Shown here piece by piece: positions 37,014 through 45,329 of a stretch of 64,000 bases of DNA (position 1 is the first letter of the stretch; each line of letters starts with the position of its first letter). A program made the position numbers and the translations under genes. Source of the stretch: Escherichia phage ECO07P3. The notes beneath the pieces are model-generated. The model was not told the origin of the DNA. It did not search any database and saw only the letters and a program-made list of their open reading frames with translations. The stretch is taken from sequence record OP172786; one strand, 5' to 3'.

Positions 37014-37498
37014 TTTAATTTCCTGCATTCAGTGATAAAGTTATTTAAATTTTGAGCATATTTCTTTTCATCAAAAATCTTTTGCTGCCTACGTAAACGC
37101 CATGGCATTTCAATGAACACGCACCATATTCCTGATAGTACTGCTGCTGTAAAAATATTAACAAGTATGATTAAAAGAATCCAATCTCCCGTTCTGCCTA
37201 CTGGACTTTCTCCAAAGAAGCAAAATACAAATGATGTCACAGGAAAACTAATAATATACCACAGAATCATAATCTTATCTGTGAACCAATCAGCGTTCGT
37301 TAATTTAGCGCGACCATTATGAATACACACGAATTTATCATCTGTTGCAGTAGATGGCTTAACTGGTTGATATCCCATTCTAAACTCCCTAATCAGCAAA
37401 TTTTTCATATCTTCGGAACAGCCATTCCAGTCAACTCTATCAACTGAAATGCCATCGTCCCCATCATCTAAATCATACCAGCGAGTTTTTAAAATCAT
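37010..37498 (-). CDS. membrane protein
   Basis: 162-aa ORF with several hydrophobic segments. Confidence 0.5.
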   Translation of the reverse strand: MILKTRWYDLDDGDDGISVDRVDWNGCSEDMKNLLIREFRMGYQPVKPSTATDDKFVCIHNGRAKLTNADWFTDKIMILWYIISFPVTSFVFCFFGESPVGRTGDWILLIILVNIFTAAVLSGIWCVFIEMPWRLRRQQKIFDEKKYAQNLNNFITECRKLK

Positions 37499-37869
37499 CT
37501 GATTTTCCTACAATCACTCACAAACTCTTTCATTGATTCATTTTCAATATAAGACATGTAGCTATTATATTCTTTTAATTGTATTTTGTAATCCTTTTTT
37601 CTTTGCCAATTTATTTTAAAATTATCATAATGAAAATATAACATGGTACCAAAGAATGAAAATAATGAAATTGCTATAGTATAACGAAGTTCACTCCAAA
37701 CTTCTATTATATCTACTATACCACTGACATTACTGCGGATGTTTAAAATAATACAATCAATCATTAATCCAATAAGACTACCAGCAAGAGCTGCAGCCAA
37801 CGCCACAGCAAAAATTAAAAATGACTCAGAAAAAGAATATTTAACTTTATTTAGTTTTGGCTTTTGCAT
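37495..37869 (-). CDS. membrane protein
   Basis: 124-aa ORF with two hydrophobic segments. Confidence 0.5.
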   Translation of the reverse strand: MQKPKLNKVKYSFSESFLIFAVALAAALAGSLIGLMIDCIILNIRSNVSGIVDIIEVWSELRYTIAISLFSFFGTMLYFHYDNFKINWQRKKDYKIQLKEYNSYMSYIENESMKEFVSDCRKIR

Positions 37870-38243
37870 CGTGATTCCTTAACAAATTTCATAATTTCGT
37901 TAAATTCATGCATATCTAATTTAAGCTGGTGTTCCTTTTTAATCTTTTTACACTGAGCTTTCCATTCGCGTACACGTTTACGATAATGTCTTCCTTGATA
38001 CCAATATCCTACCCAATTTACAGGTACCAATAAAAATGGAACTACTAATGGAAGAATTAATACTAACAAAAATATTACGCCAGATTCAATATCAGTCATA
38101 AAGTCTATAACCATTCCAATAATCAATAGAATTACAAATGATATAGCTGTCACAGGACCTATTAATACATCAGTAGGAATTAGCTGGCGCTTTAATTCAT
38201 ACTTCAACGGTTTACTTGGAAGGTATAGTGATGGTTTTGACAT
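37851..38243 (-). CDS. membrane protein
   Basis: Track start is TTG; ATG at 38243; hydrophobic core. Confidence 0.5.
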   Translation of the reverse strand: MSKPSLYLPSKPLKYELKRQLIPTDVLIGPVTAISFVILLIIGMVIDFMTDIESGVIFLLVLILPLVVPFLLVPVNWVGYWYQGRHYRKRVREWKAQCKKIKKEHQLKLDMHEFNEIMKFVKESRCKSQN

Positions 38244-38820
38244 ATTCTCTACATTCCTTAACAAATTTTTCTAGTAATAAATCACTTTCAAAATTAGGAT
38301 TTTCCACTAATTTATCAAAAAGATCATCAACAATATTCAAGATATTTCTTTTACTAAGAATACGTTTATTTTCATGTTTCGTTTCAGAATCAACTATAAG
38401 AGTAAAGAAATATTTCTTTCCCTGAAATTTTACTGTAGTATCAATATAGAATAAATTTGACTTTTGTAAGTTACGTTTAAACCATGCGTCACTTAAACTA
38501 TAAACACCGAGATAATCAAAATCGTCGTTTAAATAACATACTGTCCATTCAGGAGAAATGAAATCAGTAAATTCAACATCAAAATCACACGTCAATGAAT
38601 GAATTGATTCAATACTGTTAATAAGTATTCCAGGGCGTATTAAAGACTTTTTACCTCTAGAAAATCTTCCAGAAAGACTTTCATCAGTTTCATATGAAGA
38701 CCCCCAATAGTAATTACGTCCTTCTGCCATACGTTTAAGAGCATTTAGTAATTGGTCTGGAACATCAACCTGTCTTTGGAACTCTTCAAACATTGAATTG
38801 AAATCACTTTGCATTTTCAT
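38212..38820 (-). CDS. hypothetical protein
   Basis: 202-aa ORF. Confidence 0.5.
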   Translation of the reverse strand: MKMQSDFNSMFEEFQRQVDVPDQLLNALKRMAEGRNYYWGSSYETDESLSGRFSRGKKSLIRPGILINSIESIHSLTCDFDVEFTDFISPEWTVCYLNDDFDYLGVYSLSDAWFKRNLQKSNLFYIDTTVKFQGKKYFFTLIVDSETKHENKRILSKRNILNIVDDLFDKLVENPNFESDLLLEKFVKECREYVKTITIPSK

Positions 38821-38842
38821 TCCTATTTACTCCAAGTAATAG

Positions 38843-38856
38843 GGGCCGAAGCCCCT
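38843..38856 (-). terminator. UUCG-tetraloop hairpin (RNA GGGGCUUCGGCCCC)
   Basis: Plus ggggccgaagcccc between two genes. Confidence 0.6.
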
Positions 38857-38861
38857 TATCA

Positions 38862-39455
38862 TTATTTCAGAGAATTAATGTATTCCTGAACATCGGCAGA
38901 GGTAGTTTCAACCCCAGAAATATTACCATTAAAGGTTTCAACTCGAGCAAGGGTATCTTCAATATCAACCTTAGTCAGTGCTGCAATTTCAACTACATCA
39001 TCAGCAGTACTAATTCCAAGGGCATTTGCCGCACGAGTTTCACGGATATATTCCAATTTAACTGCAAGTTCTTGGCGAGCATCATCTAACTCAACTACTT
39101 TCTTGGCGATTTCAATTCGCATTTCAGCATAACCGTCAGCTTTAGTAGTCAACCGTTCAGCTGTTCGACGATATAGTAAACCGAGTTTAGCATGCATTGT
39201 TACATCTTGACCTTCGGAAAGAAGTTTTCGAATTTCACGCTCTTTTGATTCAGCCTGTCGATTCTTTTCGATAACAAGTTCACGAATACGTTTTTCTTCA
39301 TTAATAGATTTAACAGAAGCAGTTTTTAGATCTTTAATTTTATCAAGCAGTTTTGCTGCTGCAGCAGTATACTGTTCTTCAACAGATAGATTTTTAGCCA
39401 TAGCAGAACCAAGTTTAGTGCGAATAAACTCAACAATTTTCTTCAGTGTGTTCAT
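38862..39455 (-). CDS. alpha-helical coiled-coil protein (weak PspA/IM30-like resemblance)
   Basis: 197-aa ORF, ATG at 39455 after AAGGAAATACT; largely heptad-repeat sequence. Confidence 0.5.
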   Translation of the reverse strand: MNTLKKIVEFIRTKLGSAMAKNLSVEEQYTAAAAKLLDKIKDLKTASVKSINEEKRIRELVIEKNRQAESKEREIRKLLSEGQDVTMHAKLGLLYRRTAERLTTKADGYAEMRIEIAKKVVELDDARQELAVKLEYIRETRAANALGISTADDVVEIAALTKVDIEDTLARVETFNGNISGVETTSADVQEYINSLK

Positions 39456-39498
39456 AGTATTTCCTTAGGTTAATTGAGATTTAAAATCCGTGGGAGTA

Positions 39499-39675
39499 TT
39501 ATACTCCAAAGAGTTTATAAACTATTTCGACATCGCCTTTTGCTGCTTTATAACCTTCAGCCCAGGATACAACCGAATTTTTATCTGAAGATTCAAACTC
39601 TGGCATTGGGCTTTCACCAATATTCACGCAGTATGTTTCTTCATTCTCGTCGAACCAAATAATTAAAGTAGTCAT
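39499..39675 (-). CDS. small ORF (58 aa), putative
   Basis: Unlisted ORF MTTLIIWFDENEETYCVNIGESPMPEFESSDKNSVVSWAEGYKAAKGDVEIVYKLFGV after GGAGAAATAA. Confidence 0.35.
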   Translation of the reverse strand: MTTLIIWFDENEETYCVNIGESPMPEFESSDKNSVVSWAEGYKAAKGDVEIVYKLFGV

Positions 39676-39716
39676 TTATTTCTCCGTTTCTGTATTTGTT
39701 TTGATAAGTCTATAAT

Positions 39717-39734
39717 AACACCATCCTTGGTGTT
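39717..39734 (-). promoter_or_regulatory. intergenic hairpin AACACCA-TCCT-TGGTGTT
   Basis: Perfect 7-bp inverted repeat around TCCT; fourth member of the NCCA-TCCT-TGGN family. Confidence 0.4.
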
Positions 39735-39749
39735 TGTACATCATTATTT

Positions 39750-40082
39750 TTAATTTTTCCAACTTAACAACTTGTAGTGTCCTTCATTCATACGTGGTTT
39801 ATCCCAAGAAATACTAATATATGATTCACTGTCAATAGAAGTCGCCGGGTTTTTCTCTACCGTAAGACCTTCACTTTCCAGCCATTCAATAGTATTTGCG
39901 CATAAATCGGAAGAACACCTCATCGGAAACCGGCAAGATTTTTCACCTTTAGATGCAGCGTTATACATCTTTTCTAAAATACGCTTTTGCACGTTTTTAA
40001 AAATAGTTTCAGCGGATTCTTCAGATTTTTTATTCAGTTCAATATAAAGACTCATAACATTCTTCTCATTAATAGGGCTCAT
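39750..40082 (-). CDS. hypothetical protein
   Basis: 110-aa ORF. Confidence 0.5.
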   Translation of the reverse strand: MSPINEKNVMSLYIELNKKSEESAETIFKNVQKRILEKMYNAASKGEKSCRFPMRCSSDLCANTIEWLESEGLTVEKNPATSIDSESYISISWDKPRMNEGHYKLLSWKN

Positions 40083-40110
40083 AATATCTCAATCATGAGC
40101 CTGTGTAAAC

Positions 40111-40374
40111 TTATTTCATATTATTGAAATATTCTTCTGCGATTTCGTCGTTATCATGGTAAACTTTAGAAGACAGTTTAACATAACCTTCAGCAGTGAA
40201 CATGTTAATCACAACCTTTACAGTATACCACTGACCATCTTCATTACCCATTACTGCATAGGTTTCAAACATCGGATGGTCAGGACCGATAACTTTAATA
40301 TCATTCACTGTACGACCGAAATCTTCTGAAACGCATTTCATAAAGAAGTTGAACAGTTCGCCGTAATTATCCAT
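40111..40374 (-). CDS. hypothetical protein
   Basis: Track ORF trimmed to the ATG at 40374 after GGAGAATAAA; the longer form would overlap the promoter. Confidence 0.5.
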   Translation of the reverse strand: MDNYGELFNFFMKCVSEDFGRTVNDIKVIGPDHPMFETYAVMGNEDGQWYTVKVVINMFTAEGYVKLSSKVYHDNDEIAEEYFNNMK

Positions 40375-40417
40375 TTTATTCTCCAAGTTGTTTTCTGTAT
40401 CAGTAGTTGATAGTTGT

Positions 40418-40447
40418 ATAGTACCACGGAAGAACATGGATGTAAAC
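40418..40447 (-). promoter_or_regulatory. T4-type early promoter (GTTTAC-N18-TACTAT)
   Basis: Minus strand GTTTAC ATCCATGTTCTTCCGTGG TACTAT. Confidence 0.55.
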
Positions 40448-40584
40448 AGTTTTGTGAAAAAATTTTAAAAAGTTTTAGGGAATTCTAGGGAAGGGATGGG
40501 CAATTAAAGGATAGGATAATATATTATAAAGGGTATAAACTAAATGATGCCTAGAGAGGCGCGGAAAGGCCTAGATACCAAAAA

Positions 40585-40607
40585 GCCCCAACCTTTTGGT
40601 CGGGGTT
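40585..40607 (-). terminator. intrinsic terminator (RNA AACCCCGACC-AAAA-GGUUGGGGC + U5)
   Basis: Plus gccccaaccttttggtcggggtt preceded by taccaaaaa. Confidence 0.65.
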
Positions 40608-40795
40608 AAGAATGTTATTTGATTTGTTTAGCAGACCAAATGCGGTCTTTAATAATTTTTTGGATGTCTTCAACATACTCAAGAGAGTGAACATGTGGAT
40701 TATCTTTGAAACTATAGGCACGGGCTAACTTTTGGCCTTCGGTTTTGATTACTAAAAGCTCTTTAAGGATAGCTTCATACTTAGCGATAATTCCT

Positions 40796-41089
40796 TTAAC
40801 AATATTTTTTTTCTTGTGTAGCTTTAGGATCTGCTTTAGGAGCAGGTTTACCCGAAGCCTTTGCAAAAGCAGCACCAGTAGCAACTAAACTTTTCCAGGC
40901 CATACTAACCGCATTTCCCGTAAATCCTTCGGCTTTCATATCACGAGCAAATTGGAATCGTGATTCATCGGAAGCATCTTTATAGGAATATTTACCCGCG
41001 GCAATGGCAGCTTTTGCAACAGCTTGAATTTCAGTGCTAGATGCTTCATTTAACACCGCTTCATTTAAAAATTGAGCATATGATTTCAT
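40796..41089 (-). CDS. internal-protein-like protein with capsid-targeting sequence; possibly frameshifted
   Basis: MKSYAQFLNEAVL... with LNE at residues 8-10; the ORF ends just after an A8 run (plus T8 at 40805-40812) and a 63-codon ATG-less ORF (40615-40804) continues in the +1 frame. Confidence 0.55.
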   Translation of the reverse strand: MKSYAQFLNEAVLNEASSTEIQAVAKAAIAAGKYSYKDASDESRFQFARDMKAEGFTGNAVSMAWKSLVATGAAFAKASGKPAPKADPKATQEKKYC

Positions 41090-41140
41090 CTTATTTCCTG
41101 TTTTAATTCGTGGTTTTAATATACTTATTTATACTAAAAA

Positions 41141-41162
41141 GCCCCAACCTTTCGGTCGGGGC
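41141..41162 (-). terminator. intrinsic terminator (RNA GCCCCGACC-GAAA-GGUUGGGGC + U5)
   Basis: Plus gccccaacctttcggtcggggc preceded by ctaaaaa; near-duplicate of the 40585 element. Confidence 0.65.
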
Positions 41163-41164
41163 TA

Positions 41165-41470
41165 AGCCTTGCGGCAACCTTGTCGGGGTTCCACCTGCTA
41201 AGGCAAGTGTTTGTACGAAACGCCGGGATTCGAACCCGGTTATTAAGCAGTTGACGCTACTTAATATTTTTAAAAGGCCATATCTCGACCATATCCGAAC
41301 GTTCCGTCAAAAACGCTACTCGGCTTACGGCAAAGATATTTCCTCGAATCGATAATTCTGTGCGCCGTTTCTGCTGTGATGTAAGGGGATATTAATAAAT
41401 CATAAAGATTTATTAAGACCAGTCCTTACACAGGGAACATCAGTCCGACGACTTACCGGTAGCGACCCGG
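41165..41470 (-). ncRNA. candidate stable structured RNA(s) distal to the tRNA cluster (position of T4 rnaC/rnaD)
   Basis: About 300 nt with no ORF between the 41475 ORF and a terminator; contains a canonical T-arm mimic (CCGGG-UUCGAAU-CCCGG) and a perfect 10-bp stem (UUAAUAAAUC/GAUUUAUUAA), but no complete tRNA cloverleaf. Confidence 0.45.
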
Positions 41471-41474
41471 TTTC

Positions 41475-41825
41475 TTAATATTCTTTTAAAGCATCAATCT
41501 GTTCACGACGTTTACGCCATAAATCAATTGCTTCATACGCAGATTCAGCATTTCGAATTGGACGGCATTTATATAAAGACTCGTGATTTTGATATTGCGT
41601 AGATAACGTAATTTTATCTAAAAGGTCTTTACGTTCAAAGTATTCGTAACCATCTAAGCCAAATGAACGATTTTTGAGAAATTGCCAATGACCATATTCG
41701 TTTTCGACATAAACATAATCCGCGTGTTGATAAAGCAAATTAATTACACGTTCAGAAATAACAGTGTCATTGTGATTAAAATAAAATGTTAAATCATGAA
41801 CTACTAAATAAACATTACCTTTCAT
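41475..41825 (-). CDS. hypothetical protein
   Basis: 116-aa ORF, ATG at 41825 after GAGGAAAAT, between tRNA-Arg and the ncRNA region. Confidence 0.55.
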   Translation of the reverse strand: MKGNVYLVVHDLTFYFNHNDTVISERVINLLYQHADYVYVENEYGHWQFLKNRSFGLDGYEYFERKDLLDKITLSTQYQNHESLYKCRPIRNAESAYEAIDLWRKRREQIDALKEY

Positions 41826-41841
41826 ATTTTCCTCACTTAAT

Positions 41842-41917
41842 TGGTCGAGGCAGTAGGGATCGAACCTACGACCTAGGACTTAGAAGGTCCTTGCTCTTCC
41901 TTCTGAGCTATGCCCCG
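41842..41917 (-). tRNA. tRNA-Arg (anticodon UCU)
   Basis: 76 nt incl. CCA; manual cloverleaf: acceptor CGGGGCA/UGCCUCG, D-stem GCUC/GAGC, anticodon loop CUUCUAA, T-arm GUAGG-UUCGAUC-CCUAC. Confidence 0.85.
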
Positions 41918-41921
41918 TAAT

Positions 41922-41997
41922 TGGGGTGACCGATGGGAGTCGAACCCATGACTACGAGAATCACAATCTCGAGTTCTACCAACTGAACTACGGCCAC
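41922..41997 (-). tRNA. tRNA-His (anticodon GUG)
   Basis: 76 nt incl. CCA; acceptor GUGGCCG/CGGUCAC, discriminator C73, anticodon loop UUGUGAU, T-arm AUGGG-UUCGACU-CCCAU; no encoded G-1. Confidence 0.75.
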
Positions 41998-42111
41998 ATT
42001 AATACCTACTCCAACAATCAAGATGTCTTCACACGAAATTAAGAGAAGAGTGATCAGTTCAACCCCGATAATCGCGTCAAGTAGATATTAATGTGACAAT
42101 TGTCACAAATT

Positions 42112-42186
42112 TGGCGGACGTGATAGGATTCGAACCTATAACCAATCGCTTAACAGGCGATCGCTCTGCCATTGAGCTACACATCC
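42112..42186 (-). tRNA. tRNA-Asn (anticodon GUU)
   Basis: 75 nt incl. CCA; acceptor GGAUGUG/CACGUCC, anticodon stem AUCGC/GCGAU with loop CUGUUAA, T-arm AUAGG-UUCGAAU-CCUAU. Confidence 0.8.
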
Positions 42187-42190
42187 AAAT

Positions 42191-42277
42191 TGGTGGGGAG
42201 TGATGGAGTCGAACCACCCGAGTCGCAATGACAATGGATTTACAGTCCACACCGCTACCTCTACGGGATAACTCCCC
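42191..42277 (-). tRNA. tRNA-Tyr (anticodon GUA), long variable arm
   Basis: 87 nt incl. CCA; acceptor GGGGAGU/ACUCCCC, anticodon stem GUGGA/UCCAU with loop CUGUAAA, long variable arm, T-arm GGUGG-UUCGACU-CCAUC. Confidence 0.7.
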
Positions 42278-42290
42278 TTAATTCTTAATT

Positions 42291-42365
42291 TGGTGGCCCT
42301 GGGTGGAATTGAACCACCATCTGGCGATTATGAGTCGCTTGCTTGAACCTTCCAGCTACAGGGCC
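42291..42365 (-). tRNA. tRNA with CAU anticodon (Ile-type as in T4, or Met)
   Basis: 75 nt incl. CCA; acceptor GGCCCUG/CAGGGCC, anticodon loop CUCAUAA, T-arm GGUGG-UUCAAUU-CCACC. Confidence 0.75.
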
Positions 42366-42366
42366 T

Positions 42367-42442
42367 TGGTGCTGATTGACGGAATCGAACCGCCGACATC
42401 CTCATTACAAGTGAGTTGCTCTACCTACTGAGCTAAATCAGC
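42367..42442 (-). tRNA. tRNA-Thr (anticodon UGU)
   Basis: 76 nt incl. CCA; acceptor GCUGAUU/AAUCAGC, anticodon loop CUUGUAA, T-arm GGCGG-UUCGAUU-CCGUC. Confidence 0.85.
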
Positions 42443-42447
42443 AAAAC

Positions 42448-42537
42448 TGGCGGAGGCGATAGGATTTGAACCTATGAGTCGCCGGAGCGACTGCCGGTTT
42501 TCAAGACCGGTGCATTAAACCACTCTGCCACGCCTCC
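42448..42537 (-). tRNA. tRNA-Ser (anticodon UGA), long variable arm
   Basis: 90 nt; sequence GGAGGCGUGGCAGAGUGGUUUAAUGCACCGGUCUUGAAAACCGG... with anticodon loop CUUGAAA and T-arm AUAGG-UUCAAAU-CCUAU. Confidence 0.85.
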
Positions 42538-42539
42538 AG

Positions 42540-42613
42540 TCTCCATACAAGGATTTGAACCTTGGGCCTCCTGATCCCAAATCAGGCGCTCTACCAAACT
42601 GAGCTACACGGAG
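42540..42613 (-). tRNA. tRNA-Pro (anticodon UGG), CCA not encoded
   Basis: Acceptor CUCCGUG/UAUGGAG, anticodon loop UUUGGGA, T-arm CAAGG-UUCAAAU-CCUUG; abuts tRNA-Ser as in the T4 Pro-Ser dimeric precursor. Confidence 0.85.
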
Positions 42614-42623
42614 TAAATTAAAT

Positions 42624-42697
<74 letters not shown>

Positions 42698-42702
42698 AAA
42701 TT

Positions 42703-42789
42703 TGGTGCGAGAAGTGGGACTCGAACCCACAAGGAAATCATTCCGCAGCATTTTAAGTGCTGTGCCTTTACCAATTTGACCATTCTCGC
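42703..42789 (-). tRNA. tRNA-Leu (anticodon UAA), long variable arm
   Basis: 87 nt incl. CCA; acceptor GCGAGAA/UUCUCGC, anticodon stem CAGCA/UGCUG with loop CUUAAAA, T-arm GUGGG-UUCGAGU-CCCAC. Confidence 0.85.
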
Positions 42790-42790
42790 G

Positions 42791-42863
42791 CTGGGAATAA
42801 AGGACTCGAACCTTTGCATCCTGGAATCAAAATCCAGTGCCTTACCAACTTGGCTAATTCCCA
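42791..42863 (-). tRNA. tRNA-Gln (anticodon UUG), CCA not encoded
   Basis: Acceptor UGGGAAU/AUUCCCA, anticodon loop UUUUGAU, T-arm AAAGG-UUCGAGU-CCUUU; 1 nt from tRNA-Leu as in the T4 Gln-Leu precursor. Confidence 0.85.
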
Positions 42864-42960
42864 ATTATTAACAAAGGCTCTCTAACAAGAACCCTTGATG
42901 ATAGAGGGTATTAATCAGTGCGATATGAGTTAATAATAACAAATAATTCTTAAAGCATAT

Positions 42961-43248
42961 TTACCATTTATGATAATACATATTTACGATGCATTCAAGA
43001 CCCAAAGGATTCTTGAAAATATCATATTCAAGAGGACCTTTTTCTGTTTCAATAAAGAAATCAAAATTTACTGTATTAAATTTACGGTCTTCCTTTACTA
43101 ATTTAACTTGAGAAGATGAACGGTCAATGTAAACCTTTTCAACTTCAAAACATGTTAAAATGCCATAATCATCAATCAAGGCTTTAGCCGCATCTTGATC
43201 ATATTTATATCCATTTTCAATGGACGATACTTTCGCATAAAGAATCAT
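42961..43248 (-). CDS. hypothetical protein
   Basis: 95-aa ORF upstream of the tRNA cluster. Confidence 0.5.
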   Translation of the reverse strand: MILYAKVSSIENGYKYDQDAAKALIDDYGILTCFEVEKVYIDRSSSQVKLVKEDRKFNTVNFDFFIETEKGPLEYDIFKNPLGLECIVNMYYHKW

Positions 43249-43250
43249 TA

Positions 43251-43655
43251 TTAACCTTTATCAACAATAGTATGTGTATGGGCATTTACAATTTGCCACC
43301 AGTCGAAACTATCGCCAAATCGTTTTGATTTATTGTCTTCAATAATTTGGCGTAATTCATCTTCTGTTTCAGCATACGCAATCAAATCATCATATCCACC
43401 GCAAGGATAGTAATTATCGCCTGCGAACAAAAGAAAATTTACTTTAGATGGGTCTACATAATAATGCTCTTTAGGATATTTAGTTCCTTTCCAATCAGTT
43501 ACTTCAACATAACGGTAAGAAAATCCATTTTTACTTTCAACCCAACTCCACGCTTCAAAAGGAGTATTAAAAACTCTATCAGGTATTAAATTACCTTCAA
43601 AATGAGAAGGATTTGCATAATCCCCAGCATAAACATAATATTCGTTAATATTCAT
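43251..43655 (-). CDS. hypothetical protein
   Basis: 134-aa ORF, ATG at 43655 after AAAGGTGAATAA. Confidence 0.5.
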   Translation of the reverse strand: MNINEYYVYAGDYANPSHFEGNLIPDRVFNTPFEAWSWVESKNGFSYRYVEVTDWKGTKYPKEHYYVDPSKVNFLLFAGDNYYPCGGYDDLIAYAETEDELRQIIEDNKSKRFGDSFDWWQIVNAHTHTIVDKG

Positions 43656-43841
43656 TTATTCACCTTTAGAAATTTTATCCATAACGATAGCAATTAAACC
43701 AATTAAAAATGCTACTACAAGTGAAAAAACATTTTCTGCTGTAGTTAATAATCCGCATATAAATCCAACAAACATTGAAAAACTAAAAGCGGAAGCAGAA
43801 ATTGCAATAGCAACATTTCGAATTAATTCACAACGTTTCAT
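43656..43841 (-). CDS. small membrane protein
   Basis: 61-aa ORF after GAGGAGAATAAA; hydrophobic. Confidence 0.45.
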   Translation of the reverse strand: MKRCELIRNVAIAISASAFSFSMFVGFICGLLTTAENVFSLVVAFLIGLIAIVMDKISKGE

Positions 43842-43869
43842 TTTATTCTCCTCTGTAGTTGATAGGGTA

Positions 43870-43899
43870 ATAGTATCACTACCCCATCTAAAAGTAAAC
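43870..43899 (-). promoter_or_regulatory. T4-type early promoter (GTTTAC-N18-TACTAT)
   Basis: Minus strand GTTTAC TTTTAGATGGGGTAGTGA TACTAT. Confidence 0.55.
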
Positions 43900-43911
43900 T
43901 GTTTTTATAAA

Positions 43912-44220
43912 CTATTTTATTCCGCGTGATGCAATTGTGTTCTGCCGTTTAACACCAGTTTGTTTAAAGTCATGATTGTCGATTTGATCGGTACGAGCAA
44001 CACCGAATGATGATTTAATCTTAGCTTTAGATCCTTTAGTTATAGAAATAAACATCTCGGAAGCCCCTTTCTTAAAGTCCGAGGCGATTACTTCAACGCC
44101 GTTCTTAGCAAGTGACCTCAGAATTGCCTCCGCGTACTCATCATCAAGACTCGCCTGAGTATTAATAACGAATGTCTTTGGTGCAGCCGCTTCATTGATA
44201 AATTCTTGATATGTTTTCAT
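43912..44220 (-). CDS. internal protein (IPI-position) with capsid-targeting sequence
   Basis: Start set at MKTYQEFINE (44220); INE tripeptide at residues 8-10; track ORF begins 4 codons upstream. Confidence 0.6.
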   Translation of the reverse strand: MKTYQEFINEAAAPKTFVINTQASLDDEYAEAILRSLAKNGVEVIASDFKKGASEMFISITKGSKAKIKSSFGVARTDQIDNHDFKQTGVKRQNTIASRGIK

Positions 44221-44254
44221 TTTGATTTCCATTTAGTTTTGTTTTGATAGGGTA

Positions 44255-44284
44255 ATAGTATCACAACTAAACCACCGTGTAAAC
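44255..44284 (-). promoter_or_regulatory. T4-type early promoter (GTTTAC-N18-TACTAT)
   Basis: Minus strand GTTTAC ACGGTGGTTTAGTTGTGA TACTAT. Confidence 0.55.
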
Positions 44285-44287
44285 AAT

Positions 44288-44560
44288 TTATTTTAAATAA
44301 ATTGCATATTTTTTATAACCAGCCGTCTCGTGACGCAGACCTTTTTCATTAGCAAAGCGTTCAATATTATTAATTTGATTCTGATCAAGTTCTGAAATAT
44401 CAAATACAAAAAAGTTTCGTTTATTTCCTAACGTTACATGATTCGTCAAATCAATGTTATAAAGATGATTTATATTATCAATCATAGTCTTAACAGATTT
44501 GCTAATTTTTACTTCTTCATTAAGAGCAGATTCAACGATAAACTCTTTGAAAGTTTTCAT
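44288..44560 (-). CDS. internal-protein-like protein with capsid-targeting sequence
   Basis: MKTFKEFIVESAL... with IVE at residues 8-10; ATG after TAGGAAAATAAA. Confidence 0.55.
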   Translation of the reverse strand: MKTFKEFIVESALNEEVKISKSVKTMIDNINHLYNIDLTNHVTLGNKRNFFVFDISELDQNQINNIERFANEKGLRHETAGYKKYAIYLK

Positions 44561-44580
44561 TTTATTTTCCTAATTAATTT

Positions 44581-44620
44581 TGATGAGGTAATAGTATCAC
44601 TACCTCATCAACGTGTAAAC
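44581..44620 (-). promoter_or_regulatory. T4-type early promoter (GTTTAC-N18-TACTAT) whose -10 sits between a perfect 10-bp inverted repeat
   Basis: Plus tgatgaggta-atagtatcac-tacctcatca, then gtaaac at 44615-44620. Confidence 0.55.
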
Positions 44621-44632
44621 AACTTTGTGAAA

Positions 44633-45329
<697 letters not shown>

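Noticed and set aside
41165-41470. An additional tRNA gene, suggested by the GGTTCGAATCC T-arm at about 41222-41238
   Set aside because: No acceptor stem complementary to the 3' flank and no anticodon stem-loop at the right spacing; more likely part of a tRNA-like stable RNA.
41922-41997. Concern that the GUG-anticodon tRNA is a pseudogene because G-1 is not encoded
   Set aside because: All other cloverleaf elements (acceptor pairing, C73 discriminator, T-arm, 76-nt length) are intact; G-1 could be added post-transcriptionally, so it is kept as tRNA-His with reduced confidence.
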